NCBI GenBank assembly: GCA_024280855.1
Contig: JAJRPG010000051.1
Location: 107-64,106, forward strand
Length of the DNA: 64,000 nt
Direction of reading: 5' to 3'
From: Planctomycetota bacterium
GTDB lineage: Bacteria > Planctomycetota > Phycisphaerae > UBA1845
Below are positions 53,457-62,824 of this stretch, piece after piece. Position 1 is the stretch's first letter. Each line of letters begins with the position of its first letter. A model generated the notes under the pieces. It had not been told where the DNA came from. It searched no databases and saw nothing but the letters and a program-made list of their open reading frames with translations. A program made the position numbers and the translations under genes.

Positions 53457-54953
53457 TTAACATGCCCCGCGCAGGAAAGTCCCTAGCGTGCGGAAGAGAA
53501 TGGTCATATCCAGCTCGAAGGCCATGTGTTTGAGGTAGTATAAGTCAAATTGCAACTTGCGTTTTGAGTCTGCGACGGTATTGCCGTAGCGAAAGCTGAT
53601 CTGTGCCCAGCCGGTGATGCCTGGTTTGATGAGATGGCGTTCGGCGTAGTAAGGGATTTTTTCGCACAGATTGCGCACGATGTCAGGTCGTTCAGGCCTT
53701 GGCCCTACTACCGACATTTGCCCTACTAAAACATTGTATAGCTGCGGCAATTCGTCCAGGCGAGACTTACGAAGAATTCGGCCAAACCTGGTCACGCGAG
53801 GGTCGTTTGTTGATGCCCACACACTCTTGCCGTTTTCTGCATCGGTGCGCATCGTGCGAAATTTATAGAGTCGAAAGTTTTGTCCGTTTTGCCCGACGCG
53901 GTCCTGCCAATAAAAGACTGGGCCGCCGTCGCCGAGCTTAATAGCCAGGGCAATCAAAGGCCAAAGTGGTGCAGTTACTAAGAACACTAATGTCGTGGTG
54001 ATAACATCGAAGACCCGCTTTATGGCCGCCACATGGTTGCAGTGGACTTTTAGGTCAGCGAAAAGAAACCATGACGGGGTAATTTGATCGACGAGAATTT
54101 GGCCCGTCGCTTTTTCATAAAAAATGGCTTCATTAATGACTCGACAGCCTCGTTGCAAACAAGGGACAATCCAATCCATCACCGCCGGATCATTAGCGGT
54201 ATCGGCATCAACGACGATGTCGGTGATACCCGCTTTGTCTATACTGGAAGTCTGATCGAGAACTTGTCCGAGATATTTTGGACTCTTACGATCTTCATGG
54301 GAAGCTTCTTCGCCTGTGGTATAGCCAACAAGATCATATTCGTGTAGATGGCCCTCTTTTTGGGCATTGGCAAACGAGTTATATAATTTGCGCGAACCGA
54401 CTACCAATAACAATCGGTGGATACGATGAGATGCCCACCAAGCGCAGAAGCGGACTGTTGTTCCCAGCACTAAAAATGTACTTAGGGCAAATCCTGTTGC
54501 GCGACGACTCACCGTGGCGTAGAGGAAAATATAGATTACAGCATAGGCCGCAACGGGAAGGGTTGTCGTCGTGAGAAGCATGCGCGTCAAAATGCGAGAA
54601 CGGCTCTGTGTCGTCTCGCGTTCGTATAGGCCAAATACCATGCTTGCCGCTGTGAGTGTACAGGAAAATATCAGGCACGCTTGCCAAAGTGGAATGTGAG
54701 GCGTGGCCAGTTCAGCGGGAGGCGGGAAGAAGTCGTAAGCAAAAATCAAGCCAGTCGAAATCATGGCTGAATCGATAATCAGCCACATCCACAACGGCAT
54801 GGCTGTGAGCATGCCGCCGATTCGGTGAATCGCGTGTTCCCAAATAGAACCAAGCGCGACACGCCTTGGCGCATGTCGTTCCTGCGTCAATCGATCAAAC
54901 GCAGTCGAAGTAACGGCCGATGGGCCTGTACTAGTAGCTAGCTGAGCGCACAT
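53457..54953 (-). CDS. Undecaprenyl-phosphate sugar phosphotransferase (WbaP/exopolysaccharide priming transferase, Bac_transf family)
   Basis: The N-terminal TM helices and a central domain are followed by the C-terminal catalytic domain (RVGQNGQNFRLYKFRTM, SRLDELPQLYNVLVGQMSVVGPRPERP, KPGITGWAQI). Confidence 0.85.
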   Translation of the reverse strand: MCAQLATSTGPSAVTSTAFDRLTQERHAPRRVALGSIWEHAIHRIGGMLTAMPLWMWLIIDSAMISTGLIFAYDFFPPPAELATPHIPLWQACLIFSCTLTAASMVFGLYERETTQSRSRILTRMLLTTTTLPVAAYAVIYIFLYATVSRRATGFALSTFLVLGTTVRFCAWWASHRIHRLLLVVGSRKLYNSFANAQKEGHLHEYDLVGYTTGEEASHEDRKSPKYLGQVLDQTSSIDKAGITDIVVDADTANDPAVMDWIVPCLQRGCRVINEAIFYEKATGQILVDQITPSWFLFADLKVHCNHVAAIKRVFDVITTTLVFLVTAPLWPLIALAIKLGDGGPVFYWQDRVGQNGQNFRLYKFRTMRTDAENGKSVWASTNDPRVTRFGRILRKSRLDELPQLYNVLVGQMSVVGPRPERPDIVRNLCEKIPYYAERHLIKPGITGWAQISFRYGNTVADSKRKLQFDLYYLKHMAFELDMTILFRTLGTFLRGAC

Positions 54954-55231
54954 AAATCCCTCGCAGAAAGACTCACTATCTATCAAGACCCATCGGATGC
55001 CCCTCAAACAGACCTGAGTTATCGGGAAGAGTACCGCTTATCAGACGCTCCCTCTGACGCCCGATAATAGAAAAGGGCTGTGGTTGCTTGAAAAGTAGGT
55101 TTTTTTTGGACCAGTCGCGCGCCCAATAGCCCGATATCTAATCAGTGCTGCACCGCAATTAGGCCGAAAATACAGGCCTTTGGGGGGTAAGTCAGCGGGA
55201 CGCCGGTATCGCGTTACACAGGAATAGAACC

Positions 55232-55984
55232 GTGAAAAAACGAATCGTAAATGCCATGCTTTTGACAGCGTGTATCGTCGTCATGTCTTCGGGTTGTAGC
55301 AAGCCAAAAGAAAACCCGTGGATGCCTCGTCCACGCGTCGATTGGGCGGACCTGTCCATACACGCAATCTCCTATGACGAAAATAGTTATCGCATCTTGA
55401 ACAAACAAACGACTAAGGGGTTGTTCCCGGCGGCTATTGCTGTGACACGGGTCGCCGTAACTGATCTTCCTACAGCGGTATCAGGCCTGAATACGAAATT
55501 GGTTCGTGATCCTCGTAATGAATTTTTACAATGGAACGAGGCCTTCGACGATCAGATGGCTATTAGCGAAGTGTTTCCCCTAGCTCAGAGAGATTTAGGC
55601 GGCGCAGAAACCTCGCCGCAGCAAATTACTCGAGCGATAACTGCGCTGCATGCCAGAATTGGTTTCGTGTACGCTTTTAATGAGTTAAGTCCTGACGAAA
55701 CAGAAATGATTGGTACGCTGATTGATACGAAAGAAAACCGAATCCTAGCAACGCTGCACGCGCACGCAGTATCCATTCCCGTTGATAAAGACGACCCGGA
55801 AGCCAAAAATCCGGACCTTTGGAAAGTGGATTCACGCGGCATTGTTCGCTTAAGATTTGCCAAGCTCGCGCATGCGTGCATCCGTGAAATGATTCTTCGT
55901 GACGAACCTGCGGAAGTGGAATCGTCCGCTGGCTGGAAACCACTCCCGCCATCCCGGCCGGCAGTTTGGCCACCGCGTGGGTAA
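55232..55984 (+). CDS. Hypothetical lipoprotein
   Basis: GTG start. Signal peptide with lipobox (VVMSSGCSKP). No family was recognised. Confidence 0.5.
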   Translation: MKKRIVNAMLLTACIVVMSSGCSKPKENPWMPRPRVDWADLSIHAISYDENSYRILNKQTTKGLFPAAIAVTRVAVTDLPTAVSGLNTKLVRDPRNEFLQWNEAFDDQMAISEVFPLAQRDLGGAETSPQQITRAITALHARIGFVYAFNELSPDETEMIGTLIDTKENRILATLHAHAVSIPVDKDDPEAKNPDLWKVDSRGIVRLRFAKLAHACIREMILRDEPAEVESSAGWKPLPPSRPAVWPPRG

Positions 55985-56099
55985 GTCTTGCCGCCGACTA
56001 ATCGGGCGATGGACGTGTCATTTATGAGCATGATCTAACGATCTAAGGTTGTTGGTGTCATAAAAAATTGAGAGCTTGCTCCAGGAATACCCGGGCGTC

Positions 56100-57662
56100 A
56101 TGTCAAAGCATTCACGATCAACCGCGTTTAAGCTAATATCAAGCCGGTACGTGGAAATTCTCACGGTTGTGAGTCTACTGTTTATTATCCAAACGGGTTT
56201 GCTACCGTTCGACTTTTTCAATCTAGATGACAACGCAGGCCATAGAGGCTTGTTCACCTTCGACGTCGATAATTTTACGTTGCCCGATATTCTCAGCAAC
56301 ATTTTTCTATATATTCCGCTAGGATTTTGCTTGCAATGGCGATTGTTTCGCTTGCGAAGAAATAGGTTGATCCGCTGGGTGATAGCTATGGTAGGCGGGG
56401 TAGTGACAAGCGGTGTCATTGAATGGATACAATGCCTATCTCCTTCGCGCGTCTCGTCATTTATCGACTTGGTGAGTAACACAATTGGCTGCGCATTGGG
56501 GGGCGTGCTATTTGCTGGGTTGTATAAGTATCTCCCACGCTTTGTCGCTGTAGTCATGGCTGAGCTTCGTACTTGGCGACTTCATACCAGCGTGAAAGCC
56601 TACATGCTCGCCCTCGTATTTTTCTCGGCTATGCCTTTTTCGTTCTCCATTAATCCAGGGCTTCTCAAACGAGAAGCAAGCAAAGTGACCGTCGTACCAT
56701 TCGCCAGCGCCGCAGCTGATGTCGAAGACGCAGACGTAGCGTTGAAGCGTCATGACCATCGGGCCTACGCCTTCGCTCGATGGCGACTACTGGAAAGATG
56801 CGCGCGGTGGGTTGTCGAATGCCTCGCATTTGCCGTGTTAGCCCAACTAATGATTGTACTCCTGCGGAGCGACTATGGATTTACAATACGCACATCAACG
56901 ATGCTAACCGGCTGGTATTGTGTGGGATTCGCCGCTGTGCTTAGCGCGATACAATTTCCCGTCATTAGCAGGCATGTAGACACGACGGATATTCTATTCC
57001 GCAGCGCAGGTGGCCTTGCCGTGGTCATGATAACATGGTGGTCGCATCGGTCGGTCGGGTTAATTTCCATGAGGCAGACGCTCACGAATTTGCAACGACA
57101 GACGCGAACAGGCTTATATCTTACGATGGCTTACATCATATATTCTGGTGTCATCCCAATGACATTCGCACCAGCAGATGGGTCCGCATTCGCCCCAGTT
57201 GCACAGACTGATCCACTCATGCCATTTCTGGGATACTTCTATACAAGATTCGATATCGCAGCGGATGACATATTAGAAAAAATCGTCACCTACAGCGTGT
57301 TAGCTATCATGTTGGTTGTCAGCACGCGATGGTATCGCCGAGGCAGCCTGGGATGGCGGGCGTACAAAGTAGCTAAGTTCGGCGTGTTATTGTCTATCCC
57401 TATTGAAATCGTGCAGATTTTCATACCCGTGCGTATAGCTACGATTACAGACCCCATGCTCGCCGCTACGGGATGCGTGGTTGGCGTGCTCATGTTAGAA
57501 GTAATAGCCAATGCTTGCAGACTCACCCTAGCGCCGGAATTAGCCACGGTAGCCAAGCAGCCGAAATTTTCGCCGGTGGACGAGCTGATTCAAACGCTAA
57601 TGGAGCCAGACCCAAACGCGCCGAAGGAACCATCTCCAGAGCGCACAACAATAAATGTCTGA
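56100..57662 (+). CDS. VanZ-like polytopic membrane protein (duplicated/extended; ORF track start 56076)
   Basis: The N-terminal module has VanZ-like features (DILSNIFLYIPLGF, EWIQCLSPSRVSSFIDLVSNTIGCALGG). A second, similar membrane module follows (DILEKIVTYSVLAIM, EIVQIFIPVRIATITDPMLAATGCVVG). Confidence 0.5.
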   Translation: MSKHSRSTAFKLISSRYVEILTVVSLLFIIQTGLLPFDFFNLDDNAGHRGLFTFDVDNFTLPDILSNIFLYIPLGFCLQWRLFRLRRNRLIRWVIAMVGGVVTSGVIEWIQCLSPSRVSSFIDLVSNTIGCALGGVLFAGLYKYLPRFVAVVMAELRTWRLHTSVKAYMLALVFFSAMPFSFSINPGLLKREASKVTVVPFASAAADVEDADVALKRHDHRAYAFARWRLLERCARWVVECLAFAVLAQLMIVLLRSDYGFTIRTSTMLTGWYCVGFAAVLSAIQFPVISRHVDTTDILFRSAGGLAVVMITWWSHRSVGLISMRQTLTNLQRQTRTGLYLTMAYIIYSGVIPMTFAPADGSAFAPVAQTDPLMPFLGYFYTRFDIAADDILEKIVTYSVLAIMLVVSTRWYRRGSLGWRAYKVAKFGVLLSIPIEIVQIFIPVRIATITDPMLAATGCVVGVLMLEVIANACRLTLAPELATVAKQPKFSPVDELIQTLMEPDPNAPKEPSPERTTINV

Positions 57663-57773
57663 AACGAGCCGCAGGCGTAATGAAATCCCGATTCATCGGG
57701 AGCCTACGCGGACGTGCGAATATATATGACTTACGTTCGCCTAATGACCACACATAAAAAACGCGACTTGTTG

Positions 57774-59054
57774 CTAACTCGACGCCGCTTTACGCCGCTT
57801 ACGCATAGCAATTTCCGGTGCTTCGAGAATACAGGTCCACATGATTTTCACGGACATCCAAAGAAGTTTCCCTACGCTGCGAACGATGCCAGGTTTTTGC
57901 TCGCCCACGTTGGGGTATCCCTTTTCGTCTGGTTTCACGTCATCCCAGTTATGAAATAGTTTACCCCATGTGCTATTGAGCGTCTCCTGTACCCGCTTTC
58001 GGCCCTTCATTGGATACCAGAACCAGTCGTGATAAAACACGCTCGCGATATACGCCCACGGTGCTAGCCAAGTTTTTAATGACCATTCGACAATGCCCTT
58101 CATCCAGCCCCAGTAGATAAGATGCTGCATGCGTGAGGCAAAAGTCATATCTTTGAAAGGCCCAACGAAGTGCCAGTTCTCTGTCGCTAGTTCTAAATCG
58201 CCAACCACTTCAATTTCTTTAACATCCCCACATCCTAAGCCCAGTTCATGAGCCAGGCGAATAAATTTTACATCACTAAGTGGATCAAAGCCCATCAGCT
58301 TGGCAGCCATTGCGTCAATAGCGACTTGATCGGATGAGGCGAGCAGCACATTTTTAACATGAGGAATCATGCACCGAGGCCCAGGCCCGTCACCGGCGAA
58401 CGTGCCATCCATCACCGCGAAAACACCCGAGTGAATTTTTTGTTGAATCATAAGAAGATCAACCAGTGTTTCGTGGATGACCGGGTGAGTCCAATGACGA
58501 TGTTCATTAAGCAAGCCACCGAACGCATTTTTCATCGAGCCTGTCATCGTCGTGAAAACATGCGTTTTCACCGTCGGTAGGTGAATAATGTTTTCACCGA
58601 TAAATCGTTTGGGAATGTTAAAGCCCTGAGGATAAACCTCATTAAGACACAAGAATTTGTCAGCGATCTCGCCCACCGCATCGCGCACATTCACCCATTC
58701 GATACCGTCTTCATATAAATGTATATTGCGAAGTTTGTGAGCCTCTACTACGTTCACCTGTTTATTTTCGCGTTCGCCCAGATACGCATCAATGACGACC
58801 GTTCGATTATGGCAGGCATGGATTAAATCAGGATCATACCCGTCTCGTTTCATCGCGCGGATAACCCCATCGAGCTGCCAGGGTGTTGTCGAGCTGCCTG
58901 GGTAGAAAAAATGCCAGGAGATATTAACCTTCAGCGCAGTATCAACGTCTTTGCCCAGCGTATCTTGATAACCCGCTAGGTTCATCAGCCGATGATAATC
59001 TTCCAGCACCGTCTCCGGCGAGGTGCGGACCATAGCTACTTTTGATTGACTCAT
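57774..59054 (-). CDS. DUF362 domain-containing protein
   Basis: The N-terminal pattern (ALKVNISWHFFYPGSSTTPWQLDGVIRAMKRDGY; later MDGTFAGDGPGP) follows my recollection of DUF362. Confidence 0.5.
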   Translation of the reverse strand: MSQSKVAMVRTSPETVLEDYHRLMNLAGYQDTLGKDVDTALKVNISWHFFYPGSSTTPWQLDGVIRAMKRDGYDPDLIHACHNRTVVIDAYLGERENKQVNVVEAHKLRNIHLYEDGIEWVNVRDAVGEIADKFLCLNEVYPQGFNIPKRFIGENIIHLPTVKTHVFTTMTGSMKNAFGGLLNEHRHWTHPVIHETLVDLLMIQQKIHSGVFAVMDGTFAGDGPGPRCMIPHVKNVLLASSDQVAIDAMAAKLMGFDPLSDVKFIRLAHELGLGCGDVKEIEVVGDLELATENWHFVGPFKDMTFASRMQHLIYWGWMKGIVEWSLKTWLAPWAYIASVFYHDWFWYPMKGRKRVQETLNSTWGKLFHNWDDVKPDEKGYPNVGEQKPGIVRSVGKLLWMSVKIMWTCILEAPEIAMRKRRKAASS

Positions 59055-59287
59055 GTTCGTATTCTACCGCCCGATAATCTTATCCAAAACAATTATAGAA
59101 ACTTACATGTAGATCGGCTATTCCCCCCGCGAAGCTTCGCCCGATTCATGCTTTTCAGCGATTATAGTAACCTGTCTACACTGATACGCTATCAATTATT
59201 GGTGCCCCATTCTTCGGGTACTCCCGAAGGGTGGGGGAAGGATTTTTTCACCACCCTCCCCCAAAAGCTTTCCAATCAACAATCCAA

Positions 59288-59459
59288 GTAGGGCACGGTC
59301 GTTCTTTCGCTTACTAGCGAAAGGTTGACCTGCCTGAACTATCAATACGCGTATCACCACCAGAAGCTACAAGATACACCATTCAACCTGAACACCAAAA
59401 GCCGTAATCACATCAATACCGCACCAAATGGTAAAGGCAGGTCTATGACCATGCCCTAC
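59288..59459. repeat. MITE-like intergenic repeat, copy B
   Basis: GTAGGGCAcggtCGTTCTTTCGcttactaGCGAAAGGTTGACcTGCCTGAACTATC...GGTAAAGGCAGGtctatgaccaTGCCCTAC. The ends and length (172 bp) match copy A (15483-15656, 174 bp), while the central roughly 85 bp have diverged. Confidence 0.65.
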
Positions 59460-59587
59460 AAGAAAATAACCGACACGCATTAGGCAAAGGATTGGGCCGG
59501 GGCAACGCTTTCAAACGCCACGCCGGCCCATTCACGTTTTTCGATCATTCCCTGAGAATGATTAAGGTCATTAGCTAACAGTAGGAC

Positions 59588-60292
59588 TTACTTCTTGTAC
59601 TTAACCGAGCATCCATACTGCTTAGTCTTAGCCACTGCTACGGTCGAGCCTTTCAGCAACGACGTGACAGCTTCCTCGACGTAATTACGCGCGTGATCGC
59701 TTGACCCCATTGGATCATCATCAATCGCACCCGTATAAGCCAGGTTCCCCTTCTGATCGATCACGAACATATGCGGCGTAGACTTCGCGCCGTACATATG
59801 GCCAACCTTGCCAGATGCGTCCATAAGGATCGGGTACGTTACATCATTCTTTTTCACCCAGGCCTTCGCGCCGTCAATCTTTTCCATGCAATAATGGCTG
59901 GAGTCGATACCAAACCAAGCCACAGGCTTACCGGCGAACTTGGCAAACGTTTTTTGCATGGTCTTCTTGTCGCCCTGATGGCGAACGACGAACGGGCAAG
60001 TGTGGTTGGTCCATTCCAGGACAATAACTTTCCCCTTCAGGTCTGAGAGTTTGTACGTCTTACCGTCCACGCCCGTAAGCGTGAAGTCCGGCGCAGGATG
60101 GCCAAGCGTTGCCGTAGTTGCTTCGCCGTGTTCAGCATGGTCGTGACCTGCGTGTTCAGCATGTCCATGACCAGCATGAGAATCAGCCTGGTCCTTCTCG
60201 CTACCACCAACTCCGCAGTTGCCGCAATGTGCCCAAGCAGGCAATGCGACCACCAACAACGCAACAACCATCAAACTTTTTCGTGCATTCAT
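59588..60292 (-). CDS. Secreted thioredoxin-fold protein (PRX-like/redoxin family) with an N-terminal CxxC plus His-rich segment
   Basis: Signal peptide [14 protein letters not shown], then HCGNCG...[19 protein letters not shown]. The thioredoxin fold carries [12 protein letters not shown], the NHCP(Y/F)V signature I associate with the PRX-like1 subgroup. Confidence 0.6.
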   Translation of the reverse strand: MNARKSLMVVALLVVALPAWAHCGNCGVGGSEKDQADSHAGHGHAEHAGHDHAEHGEATTATLGHPAPDFTLTGVDGKTYKLSDLKGKVIVLEWTNHTCPFVVRHQGDKKTMQKTFAKFAGKPVAWFGIDSSHYCMEKIDGAKAWVKKNDVTYPILMDASGKVGHMYGAKSTPHMFVIDQKGNLAYTGAIDDDPMGSSDHARNYVEEAVTSLLKGSTVAVAKTKQYGCSVKYKK

Positions 60293-60536
60293 CTCTAGTC
60301 TCTCCGAAACTTTTTTATTCTCGTGCCATCGACTTCCAGCCAATGACAACCCCCATGACGCTTTTGATGCGAGCCTGCATGCACGTCCCGCACCAATCGT
60401 GTATTATCCTGAAGGTTTGTGGCCGATGCTAGTGGTTGATTGCCATTTGTTGAATTATACATGTGTAGTGCGAGAAGAATTGACGCTAAAATGTTTTGCA
60501 GTAAGCAATTACGAAATCCTGAGATCAATTGATAAA

Positions 60537-61223
60537 ATGACTGATACACGAAAAAAAGCAGTGGTATTGCTATCCGGCGGATTGGACTCTGCCACCGTCG
60601 TAGCCATTGCCAGCGAAATGGGCTTCGACATCCACGCGCTATCATTCGACTATGGCCAGCGTCACGCCATTGAACACGAAGCCGCAAGGCGCGTAGCCAA
60701 GAGTGCGGGCGTCGTTGAGCATGTCTTCCAGAAAATCGACCTACGATCATTCGGCGGCTCAGCTTTGACGGCCAACATCGACGTGCCCAAGTCTGTTGAT
60801 GCGTCACATATTTCGCCCGGCATCCCCATCACCTACGTCCCGGCCCGCAACACCATCTTCCTTTCGTTTGCCTTAGCTTATGCAGAAGTGATTGGCTCAA
60901 GGGACATTTTTATTGGTGTAAACGCCGTCGATTACTCAGGCTATCCTGACTGTAGGCCGGACTTCATAGCCGCTTTTCAAAAGCTAGCCCAGTTAGCGAC
61001 GAAAGCCGGCGTCGACGGCGGGACATGTTCAATCCTCGCACCGCTAATCCACATGAGTAAGGGAGAAATAATCCGCGAGGGCCTGCGCCTTGGTGTTGAC
61101 TATAGCTTAACCCACAGCTGCTACGACCCCGCGCCAGAAGGAAAGGCCTGCGAGAAATGTGATAGCTGCTTGCTAAGAGCAAAGGGTTTCGAGCAGGCCG
61201 GGATAGCTGACCCAATACTCTAG
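60537..61223 (+). CDS. queC: 7-cyano-7-deazaguanine synthase QueC
   Basis: PP-loop [29 protein letters not shown], and the C-terminal zinc cluster SCYDP...[13 protein letters not shown]. Confidence 0.92.
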   Translation: MTDTRKKAVVLLSGGLDSATVVAIASEMGFDIHALSFDYGQRHAIEHEAARRVAKSAGVVEHVFQKIDLRSFGGSALTANIDVPKSVDASHISPGIPITYVPARNTIFLSFALAYAEVIGSRDIFIGVNAVDYSGYPDCRPDFIAAFQKLAQLATKAGVDGGTCSILAPLIHMSKGEIIREGLRLGVDYSLTHSCYDPAPEGKACEKCDSCLLRAKGFEQAGIADPIL

Positions 61224-61269
61224 CACGTTTGCGCGAGCATGATTATGCTTGCATGTGGTCGCCGCCCAT

Positions 61270-61372
61270 CCCCCCGTCATTCCCGTGCAGACGGGAATCC
61301 AGAAGCGGCATGGCTTATTGGGAATTGCTGCCGAATGGCGTGGTTTCTGCGACCATCCCTGCTACCAAATGG
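61270..61372. repeat. Degenerate/short copy C of the hairpin plus MITE-like repeat
   Basis: CCGTCATTCCCGTgcagACGGGAATCCAGaagCGGcAtGGC parallels 15437-15490. The distal part (GACCATcCCTgCTACcAAATGG) resembles the 3-prime end of copy B. Confidence 0.45.
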
Positions 61373-61474
61373 ACACCAATCAAAGCCCTGGACCTTAATT
61401 GGTTCGTTTTTTTTGTTTTGTATTGCGGTCGTCGCATTAAGATGGCATAAGGTAAACTTAGTCTGCGATAGGAA

Positions 61475-61813
61475 CTAAGAGAACATTCTACAAATGTCGG
61501 CTTGAATTCTAGTAACAATGTTCTGTGGGATTACGCCGAGTGGCTTATGTACAATGCTATTATTGACAGTCATTAATTTGTACCACAATACGGTCGAGGA
61601 TTGTTTCAATTGAGTGTCTGAGAAATAAGGCTCTTGATCTGAAATGATAAAGCCTTGGCGGTTAGCTTTTATTTGAGAACTAAGAGGGACGGCTGTAAAA
61701 TCATATTCACTATTACATTTGGTAGAAATCACGAGTACTGGCCTAACTTTACCTGTCGTATGATCTGTAAAGGGAAACCGTACAAGAATGATCCGACCAG
61801 TGTCAAAATGCAT
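61475..61813 (-). CDS. PemK/MazF-family toxin-like protein
   Basis: GRIILVRFPFTDHTTGKVRPVLVIS....DFTAVPLSS follows the PemK/MazF N-terminal pattern (G.i..v.fpf.d....K.RP.lVis, then d....plTs). 112 aa. Confidence 0.55.
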   Translation of the reverse strand: MHFDTGRIILVRFPFTDHTTGKVRPVLVISTKCNSEYDFTAVPLSSQIKANRQGFIISDQEPYFSDTQLKQSSTVLWYKLMTVNNSIVHKPLGVIPQNIVTRIQADICRMFS

Positions 61814-61822
61814 CCAAAACTC

Positions 61823-62026
61823 TCAATAAATATTTTCTTCGGGATCATCCCAGAAATCGAGACAGCCGGAATAATCAATAGCATTCATTTGGTCTTGCGT
61901 TGTTAGGTCAGAAGGGAATCCGACATACTGGTTTGCATTTGCTGTAGTGATGGCCATTTCTTCCACGGTGATGCCCATCTCTTCTGGCTTAATGATCTCG
62001 AATGATGATGTATTTATTGTTGTCAT
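61823..62026 (-). CDS. Putative cognate antitoxin (67 aa, acidic)
   Basis: A small acidic ORF lies 9 nt upstream of the MazF-like gene on the same strand. Assigned by position and size only. Confidence 0.4.
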   Translation of the reverse strand: MTTINTSSFEIIKPEEMGITVEEMAITTANANQYVGFPSDLTTQDQMNAIDYSGCLDFWDDPEENIY

Positions 62027-62472
62027 AGTTGCGTTCCTAAGTCTGTTGCATCACCCACGAAAAATGGTCTGCTTGCCAGAATCTGTTCGTTACCCCAAAA
62101 GTTGATAAAATATGTCCCTGGACTTGGAAACACAATATTCCGTAAAAAGAAGGTCATATCTAGGATTGCCAATGGATTTTCATCGCCAGGGAAATCGCCA
62201 CCAGTTGAGACGACAACTTGATCAGTCTCAGCATTAACAATTTCCACTTTGCCTGTGGAACCCTTACGCAACCCTGTTACAGACACAAATACCACCATCC
62301 TTGCGTGTACCACAGGAAAAGTAGACGCATAAACGCGGCTAAACAAGCCGACTAGAGCAAGTTTACCATCTGGTTCTTTATAAACATTGTCGCACACCAC
62401 CAAAGCGATGAGGTTAGGCTTAACTTGTTGATGTCCTTTTACCATGAAACCGCCGTTACATGTTAAGCCCAT
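62023..62472 (-). CDS. Hypothetical beta-rich protein (possibly DUF6941-like), first gene of the three-gene cassette
   Basis: 149 aa. Its stop overlaps the antitoxin-like start by 4 nt. The pattern KPNLIALVVCDNVYKEPDGKLALVGLFSRVYASTFPVVHARMVVFVSV resembles a DUF family I recall only loosely. Confidence 0.4.
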   Translation of the reverse strand: MGLTCNGGFMVKGHQQVKPNLIALVVCDNVYKEPDGKLALVGLFSRVYASTFPVVHARMVVFVSVTGLRKGSTGKVEIVNAETDQVVVSTGGDFPGDENPLAILDMTFFLRNIVFPSPGTYFINFWGNEQILASRPFFVGDATDLGTQL

Positions 62473-62702
62473 ATTTACTCACGAACGATACCAACGATAC
62501 TGACTCAGCTATCAAACATCGTCCAACTGCCAATAAATACTATCATGTTGCGTATTCTTTTTCCACGAAAATATAGATTTCGTCGAATTTGCAAAGCGGT
62601 AACGCAGTTATCAGACTAAAAAAAGCGATTGGCGACATTCTGCCAAATAAAAGCTGGTATAGATTAGGCATGAGTGTAACGGCTTAGACGCCGCATTCCA
62701 AA

Positions 62703-62747
62703 CTGGGCTGCCAAGACTCGAACTTGGAACCTTCTGATCCAGAGTCA
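62703..62747 (-). other. 3-prime fragment of a tRNA-Gln(CUG) gene (anticodon loop to discriminator), candidate att-site remnant
   Basis: The minus strand reads CTCTGGA(loop, anticodon CTG)-TCAGA-AGGTT-CCAAG-TTCGAGT-CTTGG-CAGCCCA-G. The 5-prime half is absent (no TGGGCTG acceptor strand, no D-arm, and the anticodon stem partner is only 3/5 matched). Confidence 0.6.
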
Positions 62748-62824
62748 TTACAGTGCTTTCATAAACGGCTTTATAGTAACAAGTTATGAGAACCGCTTTG
62801 TTTTTGTACGCATTTTTGTACGCA

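Noticed and set aside
60350-60536. Possible preQ1 riboswitch upstream of queC
   Set aside because: I could not find the preQ1-I (AGAGGTTC...CTA...AAAAAACTA) or preQ1-II core. There are only unremarkable AT-rich sequences. An Rfam scan would settle it.
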